DNA of 64,000 bases. It comes from an uncultured Gemmatimonadales bacterium (GTDB lineage: Bacteria > Gemmatimonadota > Gemmatimonadetes > Longimicrobiales > RSA9). The number at the start of each line of letters is the position of its first letter. Position 1 is the first letter of the stretch. The translations under genes and the position numbers were made by a program. The stretch lies in contig CAWFKH010000003.1 of assembly GCA_963816355.1 (NCBI GenBank), forward strand, positions 736,001 through 800,000. The letters are read 5' to 3'. Under the pieces are notes generated by a model. The model had not been told where the DNA came from. It searched no databases and saw nothing but the letters and a program-made list of their open reading frames with translations. Of the stretch, positions 1 through 9,246 are shown one piece after another.

Positions 1-19
1 TCCGGCCGCCTCGCCTCCT

Positions 20-466
20 TCACTCCCGCGGCCGCGGCTCCGGCGCCACATCCCGCAACACTTCCGTCACCGCCCCCGCTCCCAGCGCGTCCGTGCGGCG
101 TGCGAGGTCCCGGATCGAGATGATGCCGAGCAGCCGCTTGCCGCTGCCGACCACCGGAACGTGTCGCGCGCGCGTGCGCCGCATGCGCCCCACGACGTCG
201 CGTACGTCGGCGTCCGGATGGACCACGTCCAGGTTGGCGCGCGTCATGTGCTCCCCCACGTCGCAGTCCTCGATGTGGCGTTTCGCGACGTGACGCAGCG
301 CGATGTCGCGGTCCGTGATCACGCCCACGAGCCGCATGCTCTCGCGGTCCCGCACGACCGGCAGCAGCGCCAGCCCGAGCCGCTCCATCAACCGCGCCGC
401 GATGCTGATCGGCTCGTGAGGCGTGACGACCTGCGGGTCGGCGGTCATGAGCTCCTGCGCGCGCAT
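20..466 (-). CDS. CBS domain-containing protein (tandem CBS pair)
   Basis: MRAQELMT..VVTP, LVGVITDRDI and LLGIISIRDL CBS motifs; ATG at 466 with GGAGGT Shine-Dalgarno; the longer ORF-track extension overlaps the upstream gene. Confidence 0.9.
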   Translation of the reverse strand: MRAQELMTADPQVVTPHEPISIAARLMERLGLALLPVVRDRESMRLVGVITDRDIALRHVAKRHIEDCDVGEHMTRANLDVVHPDADVRDVVGRMRRTRARHVPVVGSGKRLLGIISIRDLARRTDALGAGAVTEVLRDVAPEPRPRE

Positions 467-498
467 GATGACCTCCTCGGCTCGGGTCCAGGCGTCCT

Positions 499-1698
499 TC
501 ACTCGTACGCGAAGATGCGGCCGGCCGCGTCGGGCGCCGCCGCTTCCGCCGCCGGCGCCATCGCCACCGTCCGCGGGTAGCGGAGCAGGGCGACGACGCC
601 GCCCGCCGCGCGCTCGATCCGCTCGGCTGCCTCGCCGCGCACCTCCTCGATCCTTCCGCCGGCCGACAGCACGCTCTGGAGGAGGAGGTCGATCGTGTCC
701 GCCACGGGTGCGACGGCGCCGCCGCACGCGCACGTCGAACGCGTCGCGTCGGCGAAGAGGCGGCCGCAGCCGGCGCAGCGCGCTCCGGGCCGGCGCGCGC
801 TCTCCCCGTAGACCAGCAGCGCGACGCGCCGATCGCTCACGGCCGCTGCGACGTCGTCCGCCGTGACGACGGCGGTGCAACGGTCGGTGCGCTCGAGCAG
901 GTCTTCCACCAGCTCCTCCTCGTGCGCGCGCTCGACCGCCTCTTCGACACGGCGCGCGGCGCTCAGGACCTCCGCCATCGGGGCCCCCGCGCCGACGGCC
1001 ACGCTGCCGCCGATGCGGCTGCGCAGGCGGCGCGGGAGGACGCGGTCGAACACCGCGCGCGCCTCCGGCGGACCGCCGACGAGGATGCGGTCGATCGGCG
1101 CGATCTCCGACAGGCGCGCGACCGCGTCGACGACCCGGCCGACGTGCCACTCGACGCGTGTGTCGTGCTCGCGCTGAAAGCGGCTCTGCGAATAGCCGCC
1201 CTGGGCATGGCGGCCGGGCACGTCGTCGTGCAGCGACGCGACCTCCTCCGCTTCGCCCACGTAATCGACGATGAGCCGGGCGCTCTCCTTGTCCAGCAGC
1301 ACGATCAGCGTCCGTTCGTGCTCGTCCAGGGTGGCCAGCAGCGGCCGCAGGTACAGCCGATCCGACCACGTGGCCCGTGGCGCGACGTGAGCGGGAAGCC
1401 GGACGAACGCCTCGAGGCCGCGTTCGGGGCAGACGAAGATCGCCGCCGCTCGCGGCGGCGACTCGCTCCCCTCGAGAAGCCGGCCGGCGCGCGCCCACGC
1501 TTCATCGAACGCCTGCGGCGCCTCCTCACCGAGCGCCGCGAGCTCCGCGTGGACGGCGCGCTCGAGGTCCTGGAGCTGGGCCCGGAGGTTGCGCCCGGAG
1601 CCGCGCGCAGGGTCGGTCCACAGGTAGAGACTGAGCGCCTTGGCGCCGCCGGTCTCGAAGCGGACGAGTCCGTCGACGGTCTGCTGAGTCGGGAGCAT
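499..1698 (-). CDS. Bacterial archaeo-eukaryotic release factor-like protein (baeRF/VLRF1-type)
   Basis: eRF1-like layout; GRHAQGGYSQSRFQR loop; ILVGGP motif; C-terminal CAGC..CAC zinc-ribbon insert and GGVVALLRY end; ATG at 1698 with GAGGA SD. Confidence 0.8.
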   Translation of the reverse strand: MLPTQQTVDGLVRFETGGAKALSLYLWTDPARGSGRNLRAQLQDLERAVHAELAALGEEAPQAFDEAWARAGRLLEGSESPPRAAAIFVCPERGLEAFVRLPAHVAPRATWSDRLYLRPLLATLDEHERTLIVLLDKESARLIVDYVGEAEEVASLHDDVPGRHAQGGYSQSRFQREHDTRVEWHVGRVVDAVARLSEIAPIDRILVGGPPEARAVFDRVLPRRLRSRIGGSVAVGAGAPMAEVLSAARRVEEAVERAHEEELVEDLLERTDRCTAVVTADDVAAAVSDRRVALLVYGESARRPGARCAGCGRLFADATRSTCACGGAVAPVADTIDLLLQSVLSAGGRIEEVRGEAAERIERAAGGVVALLRYPRTVAMAPAAEAAAPDAAGRIFAYE

Positions 1699-1753
1699 CG
1701 GTTCCTCGCGGTTGGCTTCGTCCAAGCATAGGATCCGGCGCCGAGCGCGGGCG

Positions 1754-1788
1754 TAGGGAGAAGCCCGAAAAGCTCGGGAAAACCCCGA
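1754..1788. promoter_or_regulatory. Pair of imperfect palindromic boxes (TAGGGAGAAGCCCGA, TCGGGAAAACCCCGA), candidate regulator sites
   Basis: Two similar 15-bp boxes starting 20 bp apart in the divergent intergenic region. Confidence 0.45.
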
Positions 1789-1870
1789 TACCCGGTTCTC
1801 GCCTCATGCCGTAGAAATGCAGGTGCACACGGTGGGTCGCGCCTCGGGCGCTCGCGACGGAGGTGGGAGC

Positions 1871-2110
1871 ATGGCTGGAAAGAGGCCGGATCAGTACCGC
1901 ATCGCGCCGGACGAAGCCGGTGCGACCGATTACAAGACGCTTCCGAACGATCCCCGGGAGACGGACCGCAAGGACAAGCTGCCCTTCACACGCGGGAGGG
2001 CGCGCGCGCGCGGCGTGCAGGAGGTGCCGCCGAAGGTGCTCGAACCCGCCGCCGAGAAGGCGCGGGCGGCCGAGTTGCGCCGCCGCGGCAGGCCGCGCTC
2101 GCGCGGCTAG
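1871..2110 (+). CDS. Small hypothetical protein (79 aa)
   Basis: ATG after GGAGGTGGGAG; host-like codon usage; fills the gap between divergent and convergent genes. Confidence 0.65.
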   Translation: MAGKRPDQYRIAPDEAGATDYKTLPNDPRETDRKDKLPFTRGRARARGVQEVPPKVLEPAAEKARAAELRRRGRPRSRG

Positions 2111-3705
2111 CTTCCCGGCGAGGTGTGCGTGACGATCCAGTCGGCGATCGTGCCGAGGACCGCTGCCGGCAGGGAGTGGTCCGGCAGCGCCGCGTAGCCG
2201 GCGGGGTTGCCGCTCACGTCCGGGAGGAAGAGGTGGTCCAGCTCCGGGAACACCTTCAGCGTCACGTCCGCGTCGCCGCCGGCGCGTAGCGCGGCCGCGA
2301 GCTGCGGCGCCTGGTCGGGCCGGATCTGCCAGTCGGTCCCACCCTGCAGGACGAGCGCCGGCACGCGCACGCGCCGCGCGGTCGGAAGCGGATCGTAGGT
2401 GAGAAAGTAGCGCACCCAGGGGCTGGCCGCCGCGAGCGAGTCGATCGTGGGATCGACCGAGCCCAGCAGCGAGTCGCGCTTCGCCGGCGGGAGCGGCGCG
2501 CTCGCCTCGATGCCCTGCCGCAGTTGATACTCGAGGATGGCGCGGCCGTTGAGCGCCGGTCCCGCCATGAGCACGATCCCCGCCAGCTCCGGATCGGTCG
2601 CCGCCACCATCGGCGCGATCAGGCCTCCCTCGCTGTGGCCCAGCAGCACGATGCGCTCCCCATCCACGTCCTCGCGCGCCCGCAGCCACGCGACCGCGGC
2701 GCGCACGTCGTCGGCGAAGTCGGCGGACGTCGCAGGCTGCGCGTCCCCGGTGGAGGCGCCGAATCCGCGGTCGTCGAGGCGCAGAACGGCCACGCCACGC
2801 CGGCCGAGCGTGTCGGCGATCTCGCGGAACGGCGCGTAGCCCTGCACCCCCGGCAGCCGCTCGTCCCGATCCTCCAGCCCGGAGCCGGAGATCGTCACGA
2901 CCGCCGCCACCGGGCCCGCGTGCGAGCGCGGCAGCGTGAGCGTGCCGCCCAGCGTGTGATCGCCGGCGGGGACGCGCACGGTGTCGGCGACGTAGGGTGC
3001 GCCCGCCGGCGCGGAGTAATCCCGTGGCGGCGCCTGCGGCGCGTTCATCGGCCCGGTGCGGACGATCGTGAGTCCCTGTACGGGGACGGTGCCGCCCGTG
3101 AGTCGGCCGGCGGCGTCGATGGCCGCGTGCATCTCGATCCCGGCGAGGGTGACGCGCAGCGAGTCGCCGGCGAGCGGCGCCGTCGTCAGGGTGGTCGTGC
3201 GTCCGCCGGCCACCGCGAACAGCGGCGTCGAGTGGTCCGGTGCGGTGCGCGCGTGTGCGATCGCGTCCTCGATCAGCGCCCAGTCGAGGTTGACGAAAGG
3301 TTGCGTCCCCGCCGCTACGCCGAAACGCTGCGTGCCCCCTCCCGCGCCGCCCTCCGCGCGCACGGTGACGCTGTCGTCGGCGAAAGTCAGCTCCGCCTTC
3401 TGCAGCGGCGGCGCGTCGCTGGACGCGTTCGCCTGGCGCGCCTCGATCGACATGGAGCGCACGCGGTGCGGCGCCGCGAGCTCCGCCGTGAACGATTCGC
3501 GGACGCCGGCGCTGCGCACCAGGAGGTCGACGGTGAGGCGGGTCGGCAGCCGCAGCACGCTCTCGACGGCGATGGTGTCCGTGCCCCGGATCGTGGCGAA
3601 GCCGTAGCGCTGCGGCTCCTGCGCCGGGAGGCGCGCGGCGGCCGTCGCCGTCGCGATGACCGCGAGTGCGATCGCGGCGCGCGCAGCCGGGTCGACGAAT
3701 CTCAA
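2107..3705 (-). CDS. Secreted alpha/beta-fold hydrolase with N-terminal beta-rich domain
   Basis: SGSG..DRDE, DDRGFG, GHSEGG nucleophile elbow, QGGTD and LDHLF motifs; signal-peptide-like N-terminus; TTG start at 3705 with GGAGG SD. Confidence 0.85.
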   Translation of the reverse strand: MRFVDPAARAAIALAVIATATAAARLPAQEPQRYGFATIRGTDTIAVESVLRLPTRLTVDLLVRSAGVRESFTAELAAPHRVRSMSIEARQANASSDAPPLQKAELTFADDSVTVRAEGGAGGGTQRFGVAAGTQPFVNLDWALIEDAIAHARTAPDHSTPLFAVAGGRTTTLTTAPLAGDSLRVTLAGIEMHAAIDAAGRLTGGTVPVQGLTIVRTGPMNAPQAPPRDYSAPAGAPYVADTVRVPAGDHTLGGTLTLPRSHAGPVAAVVTISGSGLEDRDERLPGVQGYAPFREIADTLGRRGVAVLRLDDRGFGASTGDAQPATSADFADDVRAAVAWLRAREDVDGERIVLLGHSEGGLIAPMVAATDPELAGIVLMAGPALNGRAILEYQLRQGIEASAPLPPAKRDSLLGSVDPTIDSLAAASPWVRYFLTYDPLPTARRVRVPALVLQGGTDWQIRPDQAPQLAAALRAGGDADVTLKVFPELDHLFLPDVSGNPAGYAALPDHSLPAAVLGTIADWIVTHTSPGS

Positions 3706-3847
3706 CGTTGCCTCCGTTCGGCGGGTGGGGCGGTGCCTTCGCGTGTAAGTTAACAGCCTCGCCGCGGAACATTCACCCCGGGCGCGGGGGTTCCAAAGTG
3801 CTCCGGTTTGGCGCCACACTCTCAACGATCCGAGCGAGGCCGATCCG

Positions 3848-5119
3848 ATGGAAAGCGCCCTCGACCGTTTCCGGGCCGTGCGCTCCCTCACCGAGCGTCT
3901 CTGCGAGCCGCTCGCCACCGAGGACTACGTCGTCCAGACGATGGAGGACGTGAGCCCGACGAAGTGGCACCTGGCGCACGTGAGCTGGTTCTTCGAGACG
4001 TTCCTGCTTCGCCCGCACCTGCCCGGCTACCGGCCGCTCGACGATCGCTACGCCTACCTCTTCAACTCGTACTACGTGCAGGCGGGCGAACGCCACTGCC
4101 GCGACCGCCGGGGCTACATCTCGCGGCCCACCGTCGCCGAGGTGTTCGGCTACCGGCGCCACGTGGACGACGCGATGGCATGCCTGATCGAGCGCGTCTC
4201 GGCGCCGTCGGCTCAGGCCGAGCGGGCGACGATCGCGCCGCTGCTCGAGATCGGCCTCAACCACGAGCAGCAGCACCAGGAGCTGCTGCTCACCGACATC
4301 AAGCACGTCTTCTCCGTCAACCCGCTGCGCCCGGCCTACACCTCGCTGCCTGCGCCCACCGGCCGGGCCGCGCCGCCGCTCCGTTGGATCGACGTCGAGG
4401 AGGGTCTCTACCAGATCGGGCACGACGGCTGCGGCTTCGCTTACGACAACGAAGGACCGCGTCACCGGCACTTCCTCGAGTGCTTCGCGATCGCGAGCCG
4501 GCCGGTCACCAACGGCGAGTTCCTCGCCTTCATGGAGGACGGCGGCTACCGCCACCCCGAGCTGTGGCTCTCGGAAGGCTGGGCGACGGTGGACGCGCGC
4601 GGCTGGACGGAGCCGTTCTACTGGGAGCGCCGCGACGGAGAATGGTGGAGCTTTACGCTGGGCGGAATGCGGCCGGTCGATCCCGCCGAGCCGCTCTCCC
4701 ACGTCAGCTACTTCGAGGCGGACGCGTACGCCCGCTGGGCCGGCGCGCGCCTGCCGACGGAGGAGGAGTGGGAAGTCGTGGCGCGGCCGCTGCCGATCGA
4801 CGGCAATTTCGTCGACGCCGGCCGCTTCCACCCCGCGCCGACGGGAGACGCGGGCCCGCCCGCCGCCGACGGCGCGCCCGCCGCGCTCTACGGCGACGTC
4901 TGGGAGTGGACGCGCAGCCAGTACTCGCCCTACCCGGGCTACCGCCCCGCGGCCGGCGCGATCGGCGAGTACAACGGCAAGTTCATGTCGAACCAGTTCG
5001 TGCTCAGGGGCGGCTCCTGCGCCACCTCGCGCGACCACGTCCGCGCCACCTACCGGAACTTCTTCCCGGCCGACGCGACGTGGCAGTTCAGCGGCTTCCG
5101 CCTGGCGCGCGACGCGTGA
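3848..5119 (+). CDS. egtB: Ergothioneine biosynthesis sulfoxide synthase EgtB
   Basis: SPTKWHLAH, FNSYY and HEQQHQEL iron-binding motifs; C-terminal FGE-sulfatase domain (GDVWEWT, EYNGKFM, RGGS). Confidence 0.92.
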   Translation: MESALDRFRAVRSLTERLCEPLATEDYVVQTMEDVSPTKWHLAHVSWFFETFLLRPHLPGYRPLDDRYAYLFNSYYVQAGERHCRDRRGYISRPTVAEVFGYRRHVDDAMACLIERVSAPSAQAERATIAPLLEIGLNHEQQHQELLLTDIKHVFSVNPLRPAYTSLPAPTGRAAPPLRWIDVEEGLYQIGHDGCGFAYDNEGPRHRHFLECFAIASRPVTNGEFLAFMEDGGYRHPELWLSEGWATVDARGWTEPFYWERRDGEWWSFTLGGMRPVDPAEPLSHVSYFEADAYARWAGARLPTEEEWEVVARPLPIDGNFVDAGRFHPAPTGDAGPPAADGAPAALYGDVWEWTRSQYSPYPGYRPAAGAIGEYNGKFMSNQFVLRGGSCATSRDHVRATYRNFFPADATWQFSGFRLARDA

Positions 5120-5126
5120 CGCGGAC

Positions 5127-7853
5127 GTGACGGCGCTCGCCGCCCGCCTCGCCCTGCTCGTGCCGCTGCTCGGCGCCTCGCCCGGATCCGCCTCGCCCGC
5201 TCCGGCTCCCGGACCCGGCGTCTCGCACGCCCTCGCGCGCCACCGCGCCGCCATCCTGTCGGACCTCCGCTACCGCATCTCGCTCGCGATCCCGGCCGAC
5301 GCCGCACGGCCGATCGACGGCAGCGAGACCGTCGAGTTCACGCTTTCCGACCCCTCGCAGCCGCTCGTCCTCGATTTCCAGCAGGGCGCCGACCACGTCC
5401 ACGCCGTCCGCGCGGGAGACAGGAGCGTCGACGTCGACGTCGTCGCCGGCCACATCGTGGTCCCGGCCTCCGCGCTGCGCGCCGGCCGCAACACGCTGTC
5501 GATCGACTTCGTGGCGGGCGACGGCTCGCTCAACCGCAGCGCCGACCACCTGTACGCGCTCTTCGTGCCGGACCGGGCGTCGGTGGCGCTGCCGCTCTTC
5601 GACCAGCCGGACCTGAAGGCGCGCTTCACGCTGTCGCTCGTCCTGCCCGCCGGCTGGGTGGCGGTCTCGAACGGCGGCGAGCTCGATACGACGCCCGCCG
5701 CTGTGGGCGGCGCGGGCGCCGCGGCGGCCCGGTCCCACGCCGCCGCGTCCGCTTCCGCGAGCGCCGCGGCGCCCACCGTCCGCCACGACTTCGCCGAGAC
5801 GCGGCCGATCAGCACCTACCTCTTCACGTTCGCGGCAGGGAAGTGGCGCGTGGAGACCGCGGTGCGGGACGGTCGCACCTTCCGCATGTTCCATCGCGAG
5901 AGCGACAGCGCGCGCGTGGCCCGCAACCGGGACCGCATCTTCGACCTGCAGGCGTCTGCGCTGGCGTGGCTCGAGACGTACACCGGGATCGACTACCCCT
6001 TCGGCAAGTTCGACTTCGTGGCCGTGCCGGCCTTCCAGTTCGGCGGCATGGAGCACCCCGGCGCGATCTACTACCGGGCGGAATCGCTCTTCCTCGACGA
6101 GAGCGCCACGCAGTCTCAGCTCCTCGGCCGGGCCAGCCTCATCGCCCACGAGACCGCCCACATGTGGTTCGGCGACCTCGTGACGATGCGCTGGTTCGAC
6201 GACGTCTGGACGAAGGAGGTCTTCGCCAACTTCATGGCGGCCAAGGTGGTCAACCCCGCCTTCCCGGAAGTCGACCACACGCTCCGCTTCTATCTCGCCC
6301 ACTTCCCCTCGGCGTACGCCATCGACCGCACCGCCGGCGCGAACCCGATCCGCCAGCCGCTCGACAACCTGCGCGACGCGGGCACCCTCTACGGCGCCAT
6401 CATCTACGACAAGGCGCCGATCGTGATGCAGCACCTGGAGAACCTGCTCGGCCCGGACGGCTTCCGCGACGGCCTGCGCGAGTACCTGCGCCGCTACCGT
6501 TTCGGCAACGCGACGTGGAACGACCTCGTCGCCATCCTCGACCGTCGCACGCCGCGCGACCTCGCGGCCTGGAGCCACGTCTGGGTGGAGGAGGCGGGCC
6601 GCCCCACCCTCGCCGCGCACCTCGATTACGACGGCGCCGGCCGCATCAGCCGCCTCGTCGTCACGCAGTCGGACCCCGCTCGCGGCGGGCGGCTGTGGCC
6701 CCAGCGGCTGCGCGTGCAGCTCGGCTGGGCGGGTCGCGCGCGCGGCTTCGACATCGACCTGGACGGCGACTCCGCCGTCGTCGCGGATGCCGCCGGCCTG
6801 CCCGCGCCGGAGTACGTGCTGCCCGGCGCCGGGGCGCTCGGCTACGCGGATTTCCGACTCGACCCGGCCAGTCGCGAGACTCTGCTGCGGCGCCTGCCGG
6901 AGCTGCGCGACGCGCGCGTCCGCGCCGTCGCCTGGCTCACCCTCCACGACGCGCTGCTCGAAGGCGACGTCGCCCCGGCAGACTTCGTCGACCTCGGCCT
7001 GCGCTCGCTGCCGGCCGAGACCTCCGAGCTCGACGCGCAGCGCATCCTGGCCGACGTCGGCGGCGTATTCTGGCGCTTCCTCTCACCCACGCAGCGCAGC
7101 CGCGTGGCGCCGCGGCTCGAAGCGCTGCTCTGGGAGCGCATGCGGGACGTGCCCGAGCCGACCCTCAAGGCCACCTACTTCAATGCGTTCCGCGACATCG
7201 CGACCACGCCGCTCGCGCTCGAGCGCCTGCGCGGGCTGTGGAGCGGCGACAGCGCCATCGCCGGCCTCGCGCTCTCGGAGCGCGACCGGACGACCGTCGC
7301 GCTCGCGCTCGCGCTGCGGGGTGCGCCCGCCTCCGACTCGATCCTGCGGGCCCAGCTCACCGCCGTCTCCGATCCGGACCGGCGCGCGCGGCTGCGCTAC
7401 CTGCTCCCGGCCGTGTCCCGCGACGCGGCGGTGCGCGATTCCTTCTTCGCCGCGCTCCGCGATCCCGCCGCGCGGCGTCACGAGTCGTGGGCGCTGGACG
7501 GGATGCGCCTGGTCAGCCACCCGCTGCACGCGGACCACGCGATCCGCTACATCCGGCCCGCGCTCGACGTGCTCGAGGAGATCCAGCGGACGGGCGACAT
7601 CTTCTTCCCGGGGCGCTGGCTCGACGCCACGCTCGACGCCCACTCGTCGCCGCGGGCCGCCGCGATCGTGCGGGCGTTCCTGGCCGAACACCCCCGCTAC
7701 CCGCCGAAGCTGCGCGAGAAGATCCTGCAGTCGGCCGACGGACTCTTCCGCGCCGCGCGCCTGAGGGAAGCGGCCGAGCACGCCGCGCCGGACGGCGAGC
7801 ACCCGGCGGGCTCAGGCGCCTCCGCCGCCGGCCGGGGCGGCCGCCGTCCGTAG
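5127..7853 (+). CDS. M1 family aminopeptidase, secreted
   Basis: GGMEH and HETAHMWFGDLVTMRWFDDVWTKE (HEXXH-X18-E), IIYDKA; signal peptide. Confidence 0.92.
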   Translation: MTALAARLALLVPLLGASPGSASPAPAPGPGVSHALARHRAAILSDLRYRISLAIPADAARPIDGSETVEFTLSDPSQPLVLDFQQGADHVHAVRAGDRSVDVDVVAGHIVVPASALRAGRNTLSIDFVAGDGSLNRSADHLYALFVPDRASVALPLFDQPDLKARFTLSLVLPAGWVAVSNGGELDTTPAAVGGAGAAAARSHAAASASASAAAPTVRHDFAETRPISTYLFTFAAGKWRVETAVRDGRTFRMFHRESDSARVARNRDRIFDLQASALAWLETYTGIDYPFGKFDFVAVPAFQFGGMEHPGAIYYRAESLFLDESATQSQLLGRASLIAHETAHMWFGDLVTMRWFDDVWTKEVFANFMAAKVVNPAFPEVDHTLRFYLAHFPSAYAIDRTAGANPIRQPLDNLRDAGTLYGAIIYDKAPIVMQHLENLLGPDGFRDGLREYLRRYRFGNATWNDLVAILDRRTPRDLAAWSHVWVEEAGRPTLAAHLDYDGAGRISRLVVTQSDPARGGRLWPQRLRVQLGWAGRARGFDIDLDGDSAVVADAAGLPAPEYVLPGAGALGYADFRLDPASRETLLRRLPELRDARVRAVAWLTLHDALLEGDVAPADFVDLGLRSLPAETSELDAQRILADVGGVFWRFLSPTQRSRVAPRLEALLWERMRDVPEPTLKATYFNAFRDIATTPLALERLRGLWSGDSAIAGLALSERDRTTVALALALRGAPASDSILRAQLTAVSDPDRRARLRYLLPAVSRDAAVRDSFFAALRDPAARRHESWALDGMRLVSHPLHADHAIRYIRPALDVLEEIQRTGDIFFPGRWLDATLDAHSSPRAAAIVRAFLAEHPRYPPKLREKILQSADGLFRAARLREAAEHAAPDGEHPAGSGASAAGRGGRRP

Positions 7854-8540
7854 CACCGGCTCGAGCGCCTTCCACACCGTCTCCGCGACGATCCGGTGGC
7901 CCGCAGGATTGGGGTGCATGCCGTCCGCCTGGTTCAGCTCCGGGTCCGCCGCCACCCCCGCCAGCAGGAACGGGACGAGCGCGGCGCCGTTGCGGCGCGC
8001 CAGCGTGCGGAACGCCGCGCGGAAGCGGTCGGCGTACTCCGGCCCCAGGTTCGGCGGCGCGAGCATGCCCGCGACCACCACCGGCAGGCCCGGGACGCGC
8101 GCCCGCGCGCTGTCGACGATCTGCTGCAGGTTGCGCAGCATCGCGTCCGGGTCCTGTCCGCGCAGCGCGTCGTTCGCGCCCAGCTCGAGCACGAGCGCGG
8201 CGACCGGCCCGTGCATCGCCCACGCGATCCGCCGCACGCCGTCCGCGGACGTCTCGCCGCTCACGCCCGCGTTGCGCACGCGGAAGCGCAGGCCGGCGGA
8301 GTCGATCTTCTGCTGGATCAGCGCGGGGAACGCCTGCTCCGGTGTCACGCCCAGGCCCGCCGTCAAGCTGTTGCCGAAGAAGAGCACGACGGGCTCCTCC
8401 GCGGCTGGAGAAACCGGAACCGAGTCGGTAGCTTGAGCGGCGCCTCCCAGCACGGGAGGCGCGTGGCCGGCGGCCGATTCCCCCGCTTCCTGGCCGCACG
8501 CGAGAACGCTCACGGCCAACAGCAGCGCGACTGATTTCAT
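7812..8540 (-). CDS. tesA: Arylesterase / acyl-CoA thioesterase I (SGNH/GDSL), lipoprotein
   Basis: FFGNSLTAG, NAGVSGETS, ELGAND and DGMHPN motifs; VLAC lipobox; divergent from ybbA as in E. coli. Confidence 0.88.
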   Translation of the reverse strand: MKSVALLLAVSVLACGQEAGESAAGHAPPVLGGAAQATDSVPVSPAAEEPVVLFFGNSLTAGLGVTPEQAFPALIQQKIDSAGLRFRVRNAGVSGETSADGVRRIAWAMHGPVAALVLELGANDALRGQDPDAMLRNLQQIVDSARARVPGLPVVVAGMLAPPNLGPEYADRFRAAFRTLARRNGAALVPFLLAGVAADPELNQADGMHPNPAGHRIVAETVWKALEPVLRTAAAPAGGGGA

Positions 8541-9246
8541 GATTCTCCAGGCGACGGGGCTCACACAGACGTACCGCAGCGGCGGGCGGCCGCTCACGGT
8601 GCTCCACGGCGTCGACCTCGCGGTGGAGGCGGAGGAGCTGCTCGCCATCGTCGGCCCCTCCGGAAGCGGCAAGACGACGCTCCTCGGGCTGCTCGCCGGG
8701 CTCGACCTGCCCAGCGCCGGCACGGTCGTACTGGATGGCCAGGACCTCGGTTCCCTCACCGAGGACCGGCGCGCCCGCCTGCGCGTGACGAAGGTCGGCT
8801 TCGTCTTCCAGACCTTCCAGCTCGTGCCCACGCTGACGGCCGAGGAGAACGTCCTCGTCCCGCTCGAGCTCGCCGGCGGGCGCCTCGACGGAAACGGCGC
8901 TGGAGGAAGCGGCGACCTTCACGGGCGCGCCCGCGAGCTGCTCGAGCGCGTCGGCCTCGCCGACCGCGCCGAACACTACCCCGCGCAGCTCTCCGGCGGC
9001 GAGCAGCAGCGCGTCGCGCTCGCCCGCGCGTTCGCCAACCGCCCGCGCATTCTCTTCGCCGACGAGCCGACCGGCAACCTCGACGCCGAGACCGGCGAGC
9101 GCGTCATCGACCTGCTCGTCGCGCTCAACCGCGAGTCCCGCACCACGCTCGTGCTCGTCACGCACGACGCGCTTCTCGCCTCGCGCGCGGGCCGGGTGGT
9201 CCGGCTCGCGGGCGGCCGTATCGTCGCCGAGGAGCGGCGGCGGTGA
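8539..9246 (+). CDS. ybbA: ABC transporter ATP-binding protein (YbbA/LolD family)
   Basis: GPSGSGKT, LSGGEQQR, ADEPTGNLD. Confidence 0.92.
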   Translation: MILQATGLTQTYRSGGRPLTVLHGVDLAVEAEELLAIVGPSGSGKTTLLGLLAGLDLPSAGTVVLDGQDLGSLTEDRRARLRVTKVGFVFQTFQLVPTLTAEENVLVPLELAGGRLDGNGAGGSGDLHGRARELLERVGLADRAEHYPAQLSGGEQQRVALARAFANRPRILFADEPTGNLDAETGERVIDLLVALNRESRTTLVLVTHDALLASRAGRVVRLAGGRIVAEERRR

